Origin: a virus
Length of the DNA: 64,000 nucleotides
IMG/VR virus record: IMGVR_UViG_3300023049_000574
Span: 1 to 64,000 of that record
Reading direction: 5' to 3' (one strand)
The translations under genes were made by a program, and so were the position numbers. The notes beneath the pieces are model-generated. The model worked only from the letters and a program-made list of their open reading frames with translations, had not been told where the DNA came from and made no database searches. This document shows positions 60,029-64,000 of the stretch, piece by piece; the first letter of the stretch is position 1, and every line of letters starts with the position of its first letter.

Positions 60029-60962
60029 TTAATACTTTTTCAACATATTCTTTTGTATAATTATCTCCTTCTGCTGTACCTAAGATGTCCTTTTTCTTAT
60101 TAACTAAGGATACAAATTTTCCTTCTAAGTGAAGCACATACTTAGATTCATTCTTAGGGTTACTATACACGAATAATTCACCTAAATCATCATCATCGGT
60201 TGGCTTCTTAGAAACCTCAGTGTATCCGTGTTTGGAAATGATACTGTTGATCATCCCAGGGTCATTCTGATCTTCCTCATATTTATCAAGAACTTCTTTA
60301 ACATTACTCAACGTATAGTCTTCGCCTGTCAACGATTCAATCACTTTTCCGTTAGAGTTGCTTACGATAACACCCTTTTTTTCAAAGTGATCCACAAAAG
60401 ATAAATAATGTGAATATCTTTTGTGTCCTTCATTAGTTTCTTTTCCTTCTCCTAAATATCTATCTAAGTATTCATCGATTTCAGAAACGTGATTTCCGAT
60501 ATTCTGCTTGTGGAAGATTTCCTCAGAAGATTTAGTGGGTTCTTTCTTTTTGGGTACTTCCTTAGGTACTTCTGATCTTTCGGGTACATCTACTGTTTCA
60601 CTGTTGTTCTGTAGATCTTTTAGGTTCTTATGTGGGTCGAATATCTTTTTTCTTTCATATAGAAACGCTTCCATTAATTCGTGTTTCACGATTAATTCAG
60701 CACATACCCAAGCGGTTTTAACTAAACCATCAATAGATATATTTTGAGGCACATACATCCATCTACCATATCCTCTTTCTATTTCCCCGCTATTAATATC
60801 AGGACGCATAAATGTAGTTCTGATAGAAAATCCTTTTTCTAATACTACGTTACTTTCATCATATATCTTTGTTGGTTTAATATCCCATTCCCAACCCATA
60901 TCTAAATTAGATGGTGCAAATGATACATTTTTTAACGTGTCTTTGATTTCTTGAATATTCAT
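60012..60962 (-). CDS. hypothetical protein
   Basis: 316 aa; GRW...KTAW...HE..E.F.Y...IFDPH N-terminal domain. Confidence 0.7.
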   Translation of the reverse strand: MNIQEIKDTLKNVSFAPSNLDMGWEWDIKPTKIYDESNVVLEKGFSIRTTFMRPDINSGEIERGYGRWMYVPQNISIDGLVKTAWVCAELIVKHELMEAFLYERKKIFDPHKNLKDLQNNSETVDVPERSEVPKEVPKKKEPTKSSEEIFHKQNIGNHVSEIDEYLDRYLGEGKETNEGHKRYSHYLSFVDHFEKKGVIVSNSNGKVIESLTGEDYTLSNVKEVLDKYEEDQNDPGMINSIISKHGYTEVSKKPTDDDDLGELFVYSNPKNESKYVLHLEGKFVSLVNKKKDILGTAEGDNYTKEYVEKVLNGSAK

Positions 60963-61225
60963 TACAGTATTTCTTTTAAGTTATCGGAATATAAAAGATT
61001 TCCCTTTCCGTCATTTAATACAAATATACCACTTTTCATCTTACAAATAGTAACCTTTGCTATACCCTTTTTTGGAACATTTTCCAAAATGTTCTTTTCT
61101 ATTTGATTTTCCCCCACTTTAAATTGAGTTTTTGTTGATCTTAGATTCCCCCATTTAGTGTTCATTATATTTTCTTGTATAGAAATTATCTCATTGGGAT
61201 CAAACTGTGAATCGAATTTTCTCAT
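60962..61225 (-). CDS. hypothetical protein
   Basis: ORF. Confidence 0.6.
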   Translation of the reverse strand: MRKFDSQFDPNEIISIQENIMNTKWGNLRSTKTQFKVGENQIEKNILENVPKKGIAKVTICKMKSGIFVLNDGKGNLLYSDNLKEIL

Positions 61226-61231
61226 TAAATA

Positions 61232-61777
61232 TTATTTCTTATGTGGGCTTAACACCATAGTCATAGCTCTTCCTTTCATAGAAGGTAATCCATCAGGTTT
61301 CCCGTGGTCTTCTAATTCTAGTGCAGTTTTAAGTAAAACTGCTTCACCAACTTTCTTGTTGTTTACTATCATTCTGCCCTTAAAGCGCATATCTAATTTT
61401 ACTTTATGTCCATCTTCTAAGAATCCGATCATTTTATTTTTCTTAACTTCTAGATCGTGTTCAGAAATATTAGGAGATAGTCTAATCTCTTTTAAAGGTT
61501 TATTATTTTCCTTTTGTTTCTTTACTTCTTCTTCTTTCTTCTTCTTCTCTATATAAAGAAATTTATTATAATCACACATTCTAACTACGGGAAGGTCTGC
61601 TTTCCCTGTAACTAACATTAGATCCAATCCTTCTGATTTGGAAATCTGTCTTGCTTTTTCGAGATCCATAATTTCTGCCTCTCTGTCGTCAGAAATTAAT
61701 CTAATTTTATCACCCTTAATTCTATCGTTTAGAATGTGGTTAGGTTTATCACTTGTGTAGTGTCTTTTGTTTTTCAT
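61232..61777 (-). CDS. infC: translation initiation factor IF-3
   Basis: NDRI...IRLI, GLDLMLV, PVVRMCDYNKFLY, KEIRLSPNISEHDL, FLEDGHKVK...FKGR. Confidence 0.93.
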   Translation of the reverse strand: MKNKRHYTSDKPNHILNDRIKGDKIRLISDDREAEIMDLEKARQISKSEGLDLMLVTGKADLPVVRMCDYNKFLYIEKKKKEEEVKKQKENNKPLKEIRLSPNISEHDLEVKKNKMIGFLEDGHKVKLDMRFKGRMIVNNKKVGEAVLLKTALELEDHGKPDGLPSMKGRAMTMVLSPHKK

Positions 61778-61855
61778 GTACTTATAGTTTTTTTGATCAT
61801 TTGCTTTATATATTAACGAACAAATAAATCTTTACTATTTAATATATACAAATAT

Positions 61856-63427
61856 ATGAAGAAAGTTTACTCTAAAAAAATATTTGAAGCTAAAAATTAT
61901 AGTAAGTTATACCACATATTGGATTTCAAGAAATTGAAATATGTATTTGAAAATAACCATTTTAAGCCATATAGAGCAGCTAACGGTGCATATATCAGTT
62001 TCACGAGGAACAAGATGATGAATAGTTATCTAGGTGATAATACTACTTCTTTTTTTAAGCTAGAATTAGATGGGGAGAAACTTTCTAATAATCACAAGAT
62101 AAAACCATTCTCTTATATATCAGCTACAAACGTTAGATTTCAAGAATGGGAAGAAATAGTTAAAACTAATAAAGGGGGATTAATTACTAATATAGATAAG
62201 TATGTAACAAAGCTTATTATTATTAAAAGTAAAATAGAAAGCCTTATGGAAGTCCATTCTTGGTCAAGGAGCGATACGCCAAGCGATTACTTCACAACAG
62301 CAGGAACACGTAATGGCACAATGCCTGAGATATTTAAATACGTAGTGGAAAATTCTCCATTTGATATCTATGTTCAAGAAGGATCAGTAATTAAAAAGGA
62401 TGATGAATATATTAAAAGTATTATCAATTATGATTTACATAAAGTAGAATTTAAATATGATATTTGGTATAGAGGCAACATTAAACAAAAAAGAACTACA
62501 TTTGGGTCAACAGATGCTTTAGTAGATAGCGAAGGGAATGTTTATCCGAATTGGGTAGTTGGACATACGTATAATAATATTGAACTTAAGGACAAGGATG
62601 AATTAGATATTAACCAAGAGCCTAAAGAATTCAAAGGTGGTAATTTCATCGAAGGAGAAAAGTATAAACCATACATCTTAAAGTTTAGAAAAACCCCCAA
62701 AGGATATTATATGGAAGATGCTAGACCATTAGATTGGTTAAAACCTGATCAATTTTTCGAATCATTAAATGAAAGCTATGTAGTAAATCCTGAATTAGTA
62801 AAACACCATATTAGACAAATGATTAAAAGTATACAGAAGAAGTCTAAAAATAAGATAACAAATAGCCAACTTAGAAAAGGTATAGCTACAAGGCATATAG
62901 AAGTTAAATTTAATGATATAATAGATTATCAAGTATTTGAAAAAGTATTAAAGTCTTACCAAAAGAAATTACTTGATTATAATATAGTAATAGGATATGA
63001 TATGAAAGATGGATATGATACTAAGTTAGGAAATGATCTAGGTGATATCAAATCTATACCCAATGGTAAGAAAGATTTCTATATCCACATTAAGGATCTA
63101 CATACCATGAGAGTTAAACCACCTAAATACGTTTATCATTTCAGTGATAAAAAGAATAGAGAAAGTATATTGAAAGATGGACTAAAACCAATGGCACATA
63201 AAGATAGTGAAAGATGGAAAGAAATAAGTCTTACATATCCACCTGCTGTATTTGCAACACTTGATAGAGATATTATGTGGCATCACGATGAATGGAAAAT
63301 TGACACAGAAGGATTAGATAATAAGTGGTGGAAAGATATTAACTTCTTTATTCCAAAATCTGAAACTAGTGCTATAATGACTTTTGATAATATTCCGAGT
63401 GAGTGCTTAACTCTTGTTAATCCTTAA
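61856..63427 (+). CDS. two-domain protein: N-terminal LYH...SFTRN...EWEE ART-like domain and C-terminal Tpt1/KptA-like ART domain
   Basis: C-terminal YVYHFS...RESILKDGLKP...AVF...IPSECL; internal FFESLNES; late motif. Confidence 0.55.
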   Translation: MKKVYSKKIFEAKNYSKLYHILDFKKLKYVFENNHFKPYRAANGAYISFTRNKMMNSYLGDNTTSFFKLELDGEKLSNNHKIKPFSYISATNVRFQEWEEIVKTNKGGLITNIDKYVTKLIIIKSKIESLMEVHSWSRSDTPSDYFTTAGTRNGTMPEIFKYVVENSPFDIYVQEGSVIKKDDEYIKSIINYDLHKVEFKYDIWYRGNIKQKRTTFGSTDALVDSEGNVYPNWVVGHTYNNIELKDKDELDINQEPKEFKGGNFIEGEKYKPYILKFRKTPKGYYMEDARPLDWLKPDQFFESLNESYVVNPELVKHHIRQMIKSIQKKSKNKITNSQLRKGIATRHIEVKFNDIIDYQVFEKVLKSYQKKLLDYNIVIGYDMKDGYDTKLGNDLGDIKSIPNGKKDFYIHIKDLHTMRVKPPKYVYHFSDKKNRESILKDGLKPMAHKDSERWKEISLTYPPAVFATLDRDIMWHHDEWKIDTEGLDNKWWKDINFFIPKSETSAIMTFDNIPSECLTLVNP

Positions 63428-63999
63428 CCAATTCTTTGTATATTAAGTGATGTTTTTCTAGCATCAGCACCATTTACTATTGTCCATACAGTACCTGTTG
63501 TACCCGAAGGTGTGGTTTTATCAGTAAACCATAAAGCGGGAAGGGCAGCTAAAGCAGGGAAATCATTATCAGGTGTAATAACTCTTTTAATAATTGTTGC
63601 ATTTGTAATATCTACTGTGTCTAACACAAGATTATTTCCTACTATTGCGTATATTTCCCAAACTGTTTCAGAAACAATTGATCTTATTCTACCGAAAATA
63701 TACCCAAACCCAACACCACTTGGCATACCACCATATACAGTCTCTTCCATAGTATCGAAGTTAAAGGTTCTGAATGTTAGAGCGTTATTACCCACTCTTC
63801 TTTGTATGAAATATAATTTCTTAGTCCTAACATCAAAATAAGTATTGAAGCCTCGTGTTGATAATGGTAATGTTTCAGCATCTGTTCTCTGTTCAACTAC
63901 TCCCGAATTCTTATTTATAACTAACCACTCCCCTGTGCCATTATTCAATGAATAATTACAATAAATATAATGTCCATATATTTTATTGATTGTAAACAC
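63424..63999 (-). CDS. 3' end of a beta-propeller-like protein, 5'-partial
   Basis: ORF runs off the window edge. Confidence 0.6.
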   Translation of the reverse strand: MFTINKIYGHYIYCNYSLNNGTGEWLVINKNSGVVEQRTDAETLPLSTRGFNTYFDVRTKKLYFIQRRVGNNALTFRTFNFDTMEETVYGGMPSGVGFGYIFGRIRSIVSETVWEIYAIVGNNLVLDTVDITNATIIKRVITPDNDFPALAALPALWFTDKTTPSGTTGTVWTIVNGADARKTSLNIQRIG

Positions 64000-64000
64000 A

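Noticed and set aside
22763-63841. Other overlapping opposite-strand ORFs (e.g. 22763, 22803, 25198, 29230, 29614, 38945, 46095, 51073, 54911, 61158, 63512)
   Set aside because: They overlap better-supported genes and have shadow-like composition.
1-64000. Genome-wide stop-codon recoding (TAG or TGA)
   Set aside because: Long genes read intact in code 11, and TAG/TGA end genes at sensible positions; only one internal TAG was seen.

Overview
AT-rich, gene-dense 64 kb segment of a very large (jumbo/huge) T4-like dsDNA phage. It carries gp47/SbcD- and gp61-like genes, ThyA, IF3, an Smr protein and a (p)ppGpp hydrolase. A Bacteroidota host is inferred from TAnnTTTG promoters and the lack of obvious Shine-Dalgarno sites. 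No rRNA, tRNA or CRISPR array was recognised. Main observations: (1) at the left edge, an integron-like gene-cassette array (GTT...AAC core pairs and an attC-like hairpin) beside a tyrosine recombinase that lacks the IntI-specific insertion; (2) two largely mutually exclusive peptide tags on unrelated proteins, a T4-CTS-like N-terminal M-x-x-(I/L)-K-x-(F/Y)-(N)-E tag on genes preceded by AATATATA-N4-ATG, and a C-terminal R-D-x-x-I-D-x-I-L tag on at least 12 small proteins; (3) promoter spacing that implies leaderless mRNAs, alongside a phage IF3; (4) a family of probably head-packaged ADP-ribosyltransferase-fold proteins; (5) four large MN[LV]SGN beta-propeller/BspA paralogues; (6) a nonulosonic-acid (KDN/sialic-type) synthesis and transfer cluster, and a GT2 synthase fused to an outer-membrane beta-barrel; (7) strong depletion of CCAG/CTGG outside CCWGG. 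All family calls come from motif recognition by eye; no searches were run.
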